Shown here piece by piece: positions 16,649 through 24,448 of a DNA stretch of 61,811 bases (within the stretch, counting starts at the first letter, position 1; each line of letters starts with the position of its first letter). Under the pieces are notes generated by a model. That model made no database searches and was not told where the DNA came from. It worked only from the letters and a program-made list of their open reading frames with translations. The DNA is taken from assembly GCA_035759645.1 (NCBI GenBank), contig DASTUL010000031.1, positions 1-61,811 on the forward strand. Direction: 5' to 3'. The stretch is from Lysobacteraceae bacterium (GTDB lineage: Bacteria > Pseudomonadota > Gammaproteobacteria > Xanthomonadales > Xanthomonadaceae). A program made the translations under genes and the position numbers.

Positions 16649-17326
16649 TCAGGTCATCTTGAACCAGGCGTTGAATGCGACGGTGATGCGTTCGCCGTCG
16701 CCGTGGAACGGCCGGACCTCGTGCAGCAACCAGGACGGGAACAGGACCAGTTGCCCCGGCTCGAGCTGGAACCGCTGCGCCGCCGTCGAATACGGGCGTT
16801 GCATGTTGAGCGTCGACCCGTCCTTGAACATCTGGCTGGTGGCATGCGGGTTGACGAACACCAGCGCACCGCTGTCGGCATGCCCCGGCGCCTCGCCGCC
16901 CGCGCTCACGCAGTAGACGCCCGACCAGGTCGCCATCGGGTGGTTGTGGAGGCCGAAGTAGCCACCGCGCCGGGTGACGTGGAACCAGGTCGAGTCGGCG
17001 ATGTGCAGCCGCTGGAGCGCGGGCACGTCGTACCCGTTGACCTCGCCGATGGCGCGATAGAGGTGGCCCCAGCAGAACGTCTTCAGCTCCTGCACGCAGG
17101 CGTCCGGCCATCCGAACAGGTCGAACCGGCTTTCGAACAGGTGTTCGTTGCGCTCGACCCGCGGCGTCGGGTGCGCGTACTTGTCGCCCTCGGCCTCGCG
17201 CGCCAGGAACAACTCGCGCAGGCGCCGGTTCAGGTCGGCCTGCGCCGGATGGCGCGCCAGCGAGAACGGGACGGCGAACATCGGGTTGACCAGGGCCACT
17301 ACGAATCCCCTCCGCGGGAAAGGCAC
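16649..17326 (-). CDS. TIGR02466 / 2OG-FeII_Oxy_5-like putative oxygenase
   Basis: GLHNHP (iron ligand) and GQLVLFPSWLLHEVRPFHGDGERITVAFN, the typical C-terminal signature. Convergent with the previous gene, with a 3-nt gap. The start may be 17281. Confidence 0.65.
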   Translation of the reverse strand: MPFPRRGFVVALVNPMFAVPFSLARHPAQADLNRRLRELFLAREAEGDKYAHPTPRVERNEHLFESRFDLFGWPDACVQELKTFCWGHLYRAIGEVNGYDVPALQRLHIADSTWFHVTRRGGYFGLHNHPMATWSGVYCVSAGGEAPGHADSGALVFVNPHATSQMFKDGSTLNMQRPYSTAAQRFQLEPGQLVLFPSWLLHEVRPFHGDGERITVAFNAWFKMT

Positions 17327-17418
17327 TACAGGATGATAGGGCCAGGCCCCCGATCCGCTTGCCCCGGTGAATGCGCTAGGCTCCGGGCAGCGGGCATCCG
17401 CTGCATCCGGAGTCGTGC

Positions 17419-18048
17419 ATGAAGACGGTGCTGGTGGCCAGTTCCAAGGGCGGGGTCGGCAAGACCACCGTCGTGACCCACCTGGCCGCGCACGCGGCCC
17501 TCGCAGGCCGGCGCACCGTGCTGGTCGACGCCGATCCCCAGGGATCCTCCACCCGCTGGTGCCAACGACGAGCCTTGATGGACAGCGCCGTGCTCCCGGT
17601 CGACGGGACCGGCCGGAAGGCCTGGGACCGGCACGTACCGGACGGATCGCAAGCCGTCTTCATCGACGGGGCGGCCGGCGCGATGGCCGCGGACCTCGGG
17701 TCCTTCCTCGATGCCGCCGACGCGGTGGTCGTCCCGGTGCTGCCCTCGACGCTGGACATCGAGGCCACCATCCACTTCCTGGACTCGCTGGCCAGGCACC
17801 CGCGCGTGAAGCGCGGCAAGTTGCCGATCGGGCTGGTGGTCAACAAGTACCGGCCCTGGACCAACGCCTCGCGCAACGCGCTGGACGTGCTGCGGACCTG
17901 GCCGGTGCCGGTCGTGGCGCAGCTCCGGGACAGCCAGGCCTATTCGGTGCTGGTCGGGCTGGGCAAGAGCCTGTTCGACTACCACTCCGCCCAGGTCCGC
18001 GATCACCAGGCCGACTGGCAGCCGCTGCTACGCTGGTTGAAGCACTGA
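17419..18048 (+). CDS. Orphan ParA/MinD-like ATPase
   Basis: Deviant Walker A SSKGGVGKTT and LVDADPQGS. No parB-like gene is adjacent. Confidence 0.8.
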   Translation: MKTVLVASSKGGVGKTTVVTHLAAHAALAGRRTVLVDADPQGSSTRWCQRRALMDSAVLPVDGTGRKAWDRHVPDGSQAVFIDGAAGAMAADLGSFLDAADAVVVPVLPSTLDIEATIHFLDSLARHPRVKRGKLPIGLVVNKYRPWTNASRNALDVLRTWPVPVVAQLRDSQAYSVLVGLGKSLFDYHSAQVRDHQADWQPLLRWLKH

Positions 18049-18079
18049 CCACGGCGGTCGCGGACCGCGAAGGCCCCCC

Positions 18080-18559
18080 ATGAAGGAACTGATCCTGCTC
18101 CGCCACGCGCATGCCGAGCCGACGCTGCCCGACGGCGTCGACCTGGACCGGCCGCTGTCGCCCGAAGGACTGGCCGAAGCCGAATCCGCCGGGCGCTGGC
18201 TGAAGGAGCAGGCGCTGGTGCCCGACCGGGTGCTGTCGTCGCCGGCACGGCGCACGCGCGAAACGGTGGAGGCGGTGCTCGGCGTGATCGGGTACGTCGA
18301 CCAGCGGCTCGAGGACGGCATCTACGACGCCACGCCCGGCACGCTCATCGGCTTGGCCGATGCGCATCGCGAGTGCGACCGCGTGTTGCTGGTCGGCCAC
18401 AACCCCGGGCTGGAACGGCTGGCGGCGCTGCTGCACAGCGGGCAGTCGGGCGAATACCGCGGCATGCCGCCCGGCTCGGTGGCGGTCCTGGCATTCAACG
18501 ACGACGACGCGCCGCTGGAACCCGGCAGCGCCAGGCTGGCCGCGTTCTGGTGGCCGTAG
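18080..18559 (+). CDS. sixA: Phosphohistidine phosphatase SixA
   Basis: RHA catalytic motif (LILLRHAHAE), SPARRTRET and LLVGHNPG. Size about 160 aa. Confidence 0.8.
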   Translation: MKELILLRHAHAEPTLPDGVDLDRPLSPEGLAEAESAGRWLKEQALVPDRVLSSPARRTRETVEAVLGVIGYVDQRLEDGIYDATPGTLIGLADAHRECDRVLLVGHNPGLERLAALLHSGQSGEYRGMPPGSVAVLAFNDDDAPLEPGSARLAAFWWP

Positions 18560-18562
18560 GCC

Positions 18563-19201
18563 ATGCGGCGGTCGGTGTCGCCATGGTGGCTGTCCGTGCC
18601 GGCAGCAGTGCTGGCCGCACTTGTGGGAGCCGGCATGCCGGCGAAGAGCTTCGCCGCCTTGGCGGCTCCCACATCAGACGTGGGCACTTCGCCCCAGGTC
18701 CTGCCATTCGACACCACGCATAGCCGCGTCGGTTTCCGGCTGCACACGCGCTGGGGCCAGCACCTGCGCGGCGAGTTCCCTGCGTACGAAGGCGAAGTGC
18801 GCGTGTATCCCGACGGGCGCCGCGACGTGCGCATGCGCCTGGACAGCACGCGGATGCACATCGTCGGCCATGGTCGCTACTCCCGCTGGGCGAAAGGGCC
18901 GGACTTCTTCGACGTCGCCGATTTCCCGGTCATCCGGTTCGTGTCGGAAACCTACGATGCGACGCTGTTGCGCGAAGGCGGCGCGCTGCACGGCACGCTG
19001 ACCATGCGCGACATCTCGCGGCCGGTGCGCTTCATCCTGGAACCGGCCACCTGCGAGCAGCCGGGCATCGCGTGCGACGTCGTCGCCAGCGGCGAGGTCG
19101 ACCGCACCGACTTCGGCATGGACGACTGGCAAGTGGCGGTGGGCGACACCGTCCGCTTCGAGTTGCGCGTGCGCACTGCCGAAGCGGCGGTGACGCCATG
19201 A
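18563..19201 (+). CDS. YceI-family periplasmic protein
   Basis: YceI core (SRVGFRLHT, GEFPAYEGEV, DVADFPVIRF, LHGTLTMRDISRPV, DRTDFGM). The N-terminal region contains a REP family B element. Confidence 0.8.
   Translation: MRRSVSPWWLSVPAAVLAALVGAGMPAKSFAALAAPTSDVGTSPQVLPFDTTHSRVGFRLHTRWGQHLRGEFPAYEGEVRVYPDGRRDVRMRLDSTRMHIVGHGRYSRWAKGPDFFDVADFPVIRFVSETYDATLLREGGALHGTLTMRDISRPVRFILEPATCEQPGIACDVVASGEVDRTDFGMDDWQVAVGDTVRFELRVRTAEAAVTP
18622..18673. repeat. REP family B element inside the 5' end of yceI
   Basis: Sequence tgtgggagccggcatgccggcgaagagcttcgccgccttggcggctcccaca, read in frame as VGAGMPAKSFAALAAPT. Confidence 0.85.
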
Positions 19202-21132
19202 CCGGGTTCCTGATGAACGTGTTCCTGCGCGCGGCGGTCCTGGTGCTCGCGCTCGCCGGCAGCGCGTGCGCGACGCTGTCGCCCGCCGAGCGCGACCGCG
19301 CGCAGTCGATCGCATTGGCCGCGCGCAGCGGCGAAGTGGCCTGCAGCGAACCCGACGCCTGCGCCGACACGTCGCCGGTGCGGGACATGGGCGGCCGCGC
19401 CTTCGCGGCGTCCACGCCCGAGGATCCGCGCCACTACGTCGTCATCCTCGACTCGGGCCAGGACGCGTTGCTCGCGCGCCTGGACCTGATCCGCAGCGCC
19501 ACCAGCAGCATCGACGTGCAGACCTACATCTTCGACCAGGACGACGCCGGCCACCTGTTCCTGGAGGAGCTGCTGGCGGCCGCGCGCCGCGGCGTGCGCG
19601 TGCGCGTGCTGATCGACCAGCTGTCCGCGCTGGAGGAGATCGAGACGCTGGCGGCGCTGGCGGGCGCGCACGAGAACTTCGCGCTGCGCATCTACAACCC
19701 GACGTTCGGCCGCGCGCAACCCAATTATTTCCACTACGCGATGAGCGTGCTGTGCTGCTTCCGCGAGTTCAACCAGCGCATGCACAGCAAGCTGCTGCTG
19801 GTCGACGGCGCCGTGGGCATCACCGGCGGGCGCAACTACCAGAACGGCTATTACGACTGGGATCCGCACTACGATTTCCGCGACCGCGACTTGCTGGTGG
19901 CCGGTCCCGAAACCCGCGACATGCGCGCCAACTTCGAGGCGTTCTGGACCGACCGGCGCAGCGTGCCGGCCGCGCGCCTGACCGACGTCGGCGGCTACCT
20001 GCTCCAGCACGGCGTACCCGCGCTCGACCTGGGTCCGTATGTCCGGCCCGGGCGCGTGGCCGAGGCCCGGGCAGCCGCCGAGGATGCAGCGCTGCTGCAC
20101 GAGCGGCTGGTCGTGCCTGCGTTGGAAGTCGGCGCCGTGCACTTCATCGCCGACCTGCCCGACAAGCACGACCCCGAGGCCGAGGGCATCGCCGATGGCG
20201 ATCGTGCGTCGGTGGTGCTGCGCCGGTTGATCGAGTCGGCGCAGGACGAAGTGTTGCTGCAGACGCCCTACCTGATCCTGTCGGAGGCCGCGCAGGACGT
20301 CTTCTCCGACCTGCACGACCGTCCCGACGCGCCGCGTGTCACGGTGTCGACCAACAGCCTGGCGGCGACCGATGCGTTCATGGTTTACGCGCTGTCGCAC
20401 AAGTACAAGCGCACGTACCTGCGCGACTACGGGTTCGACATCTACGAGTACAAGCCCTTCCCGGGCGATGCGCCCATCGACTTCGCGTCGACCGGCGCCA
20501 CTTTGCCGGCGCCCCCGATGCCGGGCGAGACGGTGGTCGAAACCGGGCGGGTGGAACGCGGTAGTGCGCTGCGCCGGCGGCTGCGACTGCGGACCGAGAC
20601 GCGGCCGTCGTTCCTGTCGCTCGGGCCGGTCACGGAACCGGTGCGCCTGGAGCGCGCGGGCCTGCGCATCGGCTTGCACGCCAAGTCGCTGGTGGTGGAC
20701 GAGCGCGTCGGCGTGGTCGGCACCCACAACTTCGACCCGCGGTCGGACAACTACAACACCGAGAGCGCGGTGGTGGTGCCGGACCCGGCGTTCGCCCAGG
20801 CACTGGCCGCGAGCATCCGCCATGACATCGCGCCGGAGAATTCCTGGCTGATCGCGCGGCGCCCCAAGCCGCCGGTGCTGTCGGGACTGGAGTACTCGCT
20901 GGGCAAGGTGTTCGAGCAGCTGCCGCTGTTCGACCTGTGGCCGATCCGCTACGCCACCAGCTACGAGTTCCAGCCTGGGCCCGAATGCCCGGTGCCGGTC
21001 CGCCGCGACCACCCCGACTTCGAGCAGTGCTACGAGCCGGTCGGGGACTTCCCGGAGGTCGCGGTGGGGCCGAAATGGCTGTACACGCGGATCCTGATGG
21101 CCTTCGGGGCCGGCCTGGCCCCGGTTTTGTAG
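19198..21132 (+). CDS. Phospholipase D-family lipoprotein (two HKD motifs)
   Basis: Lipobox LALAGSAC. HKD-1 is HSKLLLVDGAVGITGGRN and HKD-2 is HAKSLVVDERVGVVGTHNFDPRS. ATGA overlap with the yceI stop. Confidence 0.8.
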   Translation: MTGFLMNVFLRAAVLVLALAGSACATLSPAERDRAQSIALAARSGEVACSEPDACADTSPVRDMGGRAFAASTPEDPRHYVVILDSGQDALLARLDLIRSATSSIDVQTYIFDQDDAGHLFLEELLAAARRGVRVRVLIDQLSALEEIETLAALAGAHENFALRIYNPTFGRAQPNYFHYAMSVLCCFREFNQRMHSKLLLVDGAVGITGGRNYQNGYYDWDPHYDFRDRDLLVAGPETRDMRANFEAFWTDRRSVPAARLTDVGGYLLQHGVPALDLGPYVRPGRVAEARAAAEDAALLHERLVVPALEVGAVHFIADLPDKHDPEAEGIADGDRASVVLRRLIESAQDEVLLQTPYLILSEAAQDVFSDLHDRPDAPRVTVSTNSLAATDAFMVYALSHKYKRTYLRDYGFDIYEYKPFPGDAPIDFASTGATLPAPPMPGETVVETGRVERGSALRRRLRLRTETRPSFLSLGPVTEPVRLERAGLRIGLHAKSLVVDERVGVVGTHNFDPRSDNYNTESAVVVPDPAFAQALAASIRHDIAPENSWLIARRPKPPVLSGLEYSLGKVFEQLPLFDLWPIRYATSYEFQPGPECPVPVRRDHPDFEQCYEPVGDFPEVAVGPKWLYTRILMAFGAGLAPVL

Positions 21133-21175
21133 GGGTGCCGACGGCTGGGTGACTTCCGGCCCATGCGGATTGGTC

Positions 21176-21203
21176 TTGGTGTTGTAGTCTACCAATACAC
21201 CAA
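21176..21203 (+). promoter_or_regulatory. AT-richer inverted repeat TTGGTGT-N14-ACACCAA upstream of the small ORF
   Basis: Sequence ttggtgttgtagtctaccaatacaccaa, an isolated low-GC patch in an otherwise GC-rich spacer. Function unknown. Confidence 0.3.
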
Positions 21204-21242
21204 TTCACGCCGGGTCCCCCGGCACCACCGCAGAGGCCAGCC

Positions 21243-21443
21243 ATGAACACCGTCGTCCGTCCGTTCCCGTCCCCCTCCCAGCCGCGCAACGTCGCCGTGG
21301 AGCGGCGCGGGGCGGCAGTCGCCAGGACCGCCCGCCGCAGCGAGCGCGAGTTCGGCGTCGGCTACGGCAAGAGCAGCGGCTACGCCAGCCCCGACCGGCG
21401 CTATGCCCCCGACTGGCGCCAGCCCGCCTTCCGTTGCGCGTAA
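21243..21443 (+). CDS. Small hypothetical protein (66 aa) ending in a GYGKSSGYAS tail
   Basis: High GC3 throughout. It has its own downstream intrinsic terminator. The C-terminal ~33 aa is paralogous to the tail of the next gene. Confidence 0.45.
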   Translation: MNTVVRPFPSPSQPRNVAVERRGAAVARTARRSEREFGVGYGKSSGYASPDRRYAPDWRQPAFRCA

Positions 21444-21473
21444 CAGCGCATCACCGATCGCTTCTCTCCCCAC

Positions 21474-21528
21474 CGCGTTCCCGGGCCGCGAACTCCCCGT
21501 CGCGAGCCCGGCGAACGCGGACTTTTTT
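21474..21528 (+). terminator. Rho-independent terminator after the small ORF
   Basis: Stem cgcgttc-ccgggc ... gcccgg-c-gaacgcg with the inner stem cgcga/tcgcg, followed by gacTTTTTT. Confidence 0.6.
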
Positions 21529-21569
21529 GGTAGGCTGCCGCGTTCCACACCCGCGCATACGGAACCGCC

Positions 21570-22187
21570 ATGTCGATCTCGCTGACCCTTGAACTCAACG
21601 ACCGCGACCTGGCGCATTTCCAGGACGCCATGGAGGCGGCGCAGAAGGCCGCGACCGGCAAGGGTGAGGCGGAAATCGTGGAATGCGCGTCGAAGCTGCT
21701 GATCGAGGCGCGCGGCGAACAGGTGCCGGATTTCATCCTGGAACGCCTCCTGCGCCTTGACGACCTGATCGCCATGGTCCGCGACGAGGGCTGGGCGATG
21801 GGCGGCGAAGACCGCCAGCGCGTGCTGTCGGCGCTGACCTACTTCTGCGAGCCGGCCGATGTCATCCCGGACCACGTCAAGGTGCTCGGCTACCTCGACG
21901 ACGCAGTGATGATCGAGCTGTGCGTGCGCGACCTGCAGCACGAGATCGATGCGTACGACGAGTTCTGCGATTACCGCCAGCGCGAGGCGCAGCGCCGCTC
22001 CATGGAACCGGCCAAGGTCGGCCGCGCCGACTGGCTGGGGACCCGCCGCGACGAGCTGGTCGAGCGCATGCATCGCCGCCGGGAGCGCGACGCCGGCGCC
22101 GGCTACGGCAAGAGCAGTGGCTACGCCTCCGGCAAGCGCACCTACGCCGATCGCGGCTGGCGCCCCGGGTTGTTCAGCGCCCGCTGA
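21570..22187 (+). CDS. DUF1232 (YkvA-family) domain protein with a GYGKSSGYAS C-terminal tail
   Basis: DUF1232 signature ADVIPDHVKVLGYLDDAVMIE. Tail is RRRERDAGAGYGKSSGYASGKRTYADRGWRPGLF. Confidence 0.6.
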   Translation: MSISLTLELNDRDLAHFQDAMEAAQKAATGKGEAEIVECASKLLIEARGEQVPDFILERLLRLDDLIAMVRDEGWAMGGEDRQRVLSALTYFCEPADVIPDHVKVLGYLDDAVMIELCVRDLQHEIDAYDEFCDYRQREAQRRSMEPAKVGRADWLGTRRDELVERMHRRRERDAGAGYGKSSGYASGKRTYADRGWRPGLFSAR

Positions 22188-22204
22188 CCCGCGACACCGC
22201 GCCC

Positions 22205-22627
22205 GTGCCGTTCCTGCGCCGGCCTACACCGGCCGAACTCGACGCGCTGTCGGCAGGCACCGCCATCGAGCGGCTGGGCATCGTGTTCACCGAACTGGGC
22301 GACGACTTCCTGCGCGCGACCATGCCCGTTGACGCGCGCACGGTGCAGCCGTACGGCCTGCTGCACGGCGGCGCCTCGGTGCTGCTGGCCGAAACCCTGG
22401 GCAGCTCCGCCGGCAACCTGTGCGTGCCCGACGGTCAGCGCGTGGTCGGCATCGAGATCAACGCCAACCACCTGCAGGCCGTTACCGGCGGATTGGTGAC
22501 CGGCACCGCGCGCCCTTTGCACGTCGGCCGGCGCACGCACGTCTGGGAGATCCGGATCGAGGACGCGCAGGGACGGCTGGCCTGCGTGTCGCGCCTCACC
22601 CTGGCGGTGGTCGGCGCACCGGCCTGA
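22205..22627 (+). CDS. Hotdog-fold PaaI/YbdB/YdiI-type acyl-CoA thioesterase
   Basis: FLRATMPVDARTVQPYGLLHGGASVLLAETLGS is the classic PaaI-type motif. GTG start inferred by alignment logic. Confidence 0.75.
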   Translation: MPFLRRPTPAELDALSAGTAIERLGIVFTELGDDFLRATMPVDARTVQPYGLLHGGASVLLAETLGSSAGNLCVPDGQRVVGIEINANHLQAVTGGLVTGTARPLHVGRRTHVWEIRIEDAQGRLACVSRLTLAVVGAPA

Positions 22628-22651
22628 CACGCGCTCCGGTATCGTTGCGCG

Positions 22652-23410
22652 ATGATCCGCGTGCTGCGCTACCTCGTGCGCATTCCCCTGTTGCTCGTGC
22701 ACCTGCTGGTGCTGCTGCCCGTCGCCATGGTCGTCGTGAACCTGCCCTGGGCGGAGCGCGGTGAGCACGGGCACCATGTGGACAATCGCGTCGTCCGCTG
22801 GTGGTCCGCGGGGCTGGTGCGCGTGTTCGGCTTCCGGCTGCGGCGCGTCGGCGAACCGCTGCCCGGCGGGGTGCTGTTCGTCGCCAACCATGTGAGCTGG
22901 ATCGACATCGTGGTGCTGCACAGCCAGCGGATGATGGGCTTCGTCGCCAAGCGCGAGATCGAAAGGTGGCCGCTGGTCGGCTGGATGGCGGGGCGCGCGG
23001 AGACGATCTTCCACCAGCGCGGCAACAGCGAATCGCTGGGTGGCGTGCTGCACGAAATGCTGGCGCGCCTGCGCACCGGGCGCTCGGTCGGCGTGTTCCC
23101 CGAGGGCCGCACCCGCGACGGGCGCGAAGTCGGGCCGTTCCACGCGCGGATCTTCCTGGCCGCGGTCGAGACCGGCGCGCGCGTGCAGCCGGTGGCCTTG
23201 CGGTATGGCGAACGCGGTGACGCGCAGGCGACCGTTGCGTTCCAGCCCGGCGAGAACTTCCTGTCCAACTTCCTGAGGCTGCTCGGCGAACCCGCGCGCG
23301 TGGCCGAGGTGCATTTCCTGGCGCCGATCGGCACCGCGGACACCATTGGTCGGCGGCGTATCGCCGAACTGGCGCGCGAACGCATCGTCGCGGCGATGCA
23401 GGCACCCTGA
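22652..23410 (+). CDS. Lysophospholipid (1-acyl-sn-glycerol-3-phosphate) acyltransferase family protein
   Basis: N-terminal TM segment, HX4D motif in FVANHVSWID, and FPEGRT. Confidence 0.8.
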   Translation: MIRVLRYLVRIPLLLVHLLVLLPVAMVVVNLPWAERGEHGHHVDNRVVRWWSAGLVRVFGFRLRRVGEPLPGGVLFVANHVSWIDIVVLHSQRMMGFVAKREIERWPLVGWMAGRAETIFHQRGNSESLGGVLHEMLARLRTGRSVGVFPEGRTRDGREVGPFHARIFLAAVETGARVQPVALRYGERGDAQATVAFQPGENFLSNFLRLLGEPARVAEVHFLAPIGTADTIGRRRIAELARERIVAAMQAP

Positions 23411-23418
23411 GCGCTCCA

Positions 23419-24414
23419 GTGAAGCGCGCGCCGTCGGCCTATCGCGCGCCACGCTGGCTGCACAACCCGCACGTGCAGAGCCTGCTCGGCACCAGCCCGA
23501 TGCGCCGCCGGATGGCCGCGCGCGCGTTGGCGGCGACCGGCGCGGCCACGTCCACGCACGTTGTCGACGGCGGCAACGGCGTGCGCCTGCAGGGCCTGCA
23601 CAGCACCGTCCCGGGCCGCGAGCCACTGGGCCTGGCGCTGCTGCTGCACGGTTGGGAAGGCAGCGCCGAATCCACCTATATGCGGCTGTCCGCGGCCCGG
23701 TTGCTGGCGCGCGGCCTGGATGTCTTCCGCCTCAACTTCCGCGACCACGGCGGCACCCACCACCTCAACGAGGGCATCTTCCATTCCTGCCTGATCGACG
23801 AGGTGGTGCATGCGGCCGGCGACATCGCGCGCCGGTTCCAGGCCGATCCCGCCGCACCGTTGCGGGTCGGCGGGCATTCGCTGGGTGGCAACTTCGCGTT
23901 GCGGCTCGGCCTGCGGGCGCCGGCCGCGGGGCTGGCGGTGTCACGCATCGCGGCGGTCTGCCCGGTGCTGGATCCCGCCGAGACGATGACCGCGATGGAG
24001 CGCGGCTTCCCGCTGTATGCGTGGTATTTCCGGCACAAGTGGACGCGGTCGCTGCGGCGCAAGCAGGCGTTGTTCCCGCAGCTGCTGGCACTCGACGACC
24101 AGACCCTGGGGCTGGACCTGCGCCCGCTCACGGGCTGGCTGGTGGAACGCCACACCGACTTCGGGCACATCGACCGCTACTTCGACGGGTACTCGATCGC
24201 CGGTGATCGCCTAGCCGGGTTGCAGGTGCCGGCCCACATCCTGACCAGCGCCGACGACCCGGTGATCCCCGTCGCCGGCTTCGAGGCGCTGCAGTTGCCG
24301 CCGACCGCGCGCCTGGAGGTCGCCGAGCACGGCGGCCACTGCGGGTTCCTGCTGGACGCGCACCTGCGCGGGTTCGCCGAGCACTGGATCGCCGAACGGC
24401 TCGCCCAACCCTAG
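23419..24414 (+). CDS. Alpha/beta hydrolase, YheT-like
   Basis: NPHVQSLLG, LLLHGWEGS, and the nucleophile elbow GHSLGGN. GTG start. Confidence 0.75.
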   Translation: MKRAPSAYRAPRWLHNPHVQSLLGTSPMRRRMAARALAATGAATSTHVVDGGNGVRLQGLHSTVPGREPLGLALLLHGWEGSAESTYMRLSAARLLARGLDVFRLNFRDHGGTHHLNEGIFHSCLIDEVVHAAGDIARRFQADPAAPLRVGGHSLGGNFALRLGLRAPAAGLAVSRIAAVCPVLDPAETMTAMERGFPLYAWYFRHKWTRSLRRKQALFPQLLALDDQTLGLDLRPLTGWLVERHTDFGHIDRYFDGYSIAGDRLAGLQVPAHILTSADDPVIPVAGFEALQLPPTARLEVAEHGGHCGFLLDAHLRGFAEHWIAERLAQP

Positions 24415-24448
24415 CCGGTACAATGGCCGGCTTCCCGCCAGGCCCCCA

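Noticed and set aside
17419-18048. ParA-like ATPase as a sign of an integrated plasmid or prophage partition system.
   Set aside because: There is no parB, rep, integrase or centromere-like repeat array nearby. Composition is the same as in the neighbouring genes, and the gene sits between conserved housekeeping-type genes. It is treated as an orphan chromosomal ParA/MinD-like protein.
19198-21132. PLD-family protein as a Nuc/BfiI-like nuclease or defence effector.
   Set aside because: It has two HKD motifs in one 644-aa chain, a lipoprotein signal, and an overlap with periplasmic yceI. These point to a phospholipid-directed envelope enzyme, not a small single-HKD nuclease.
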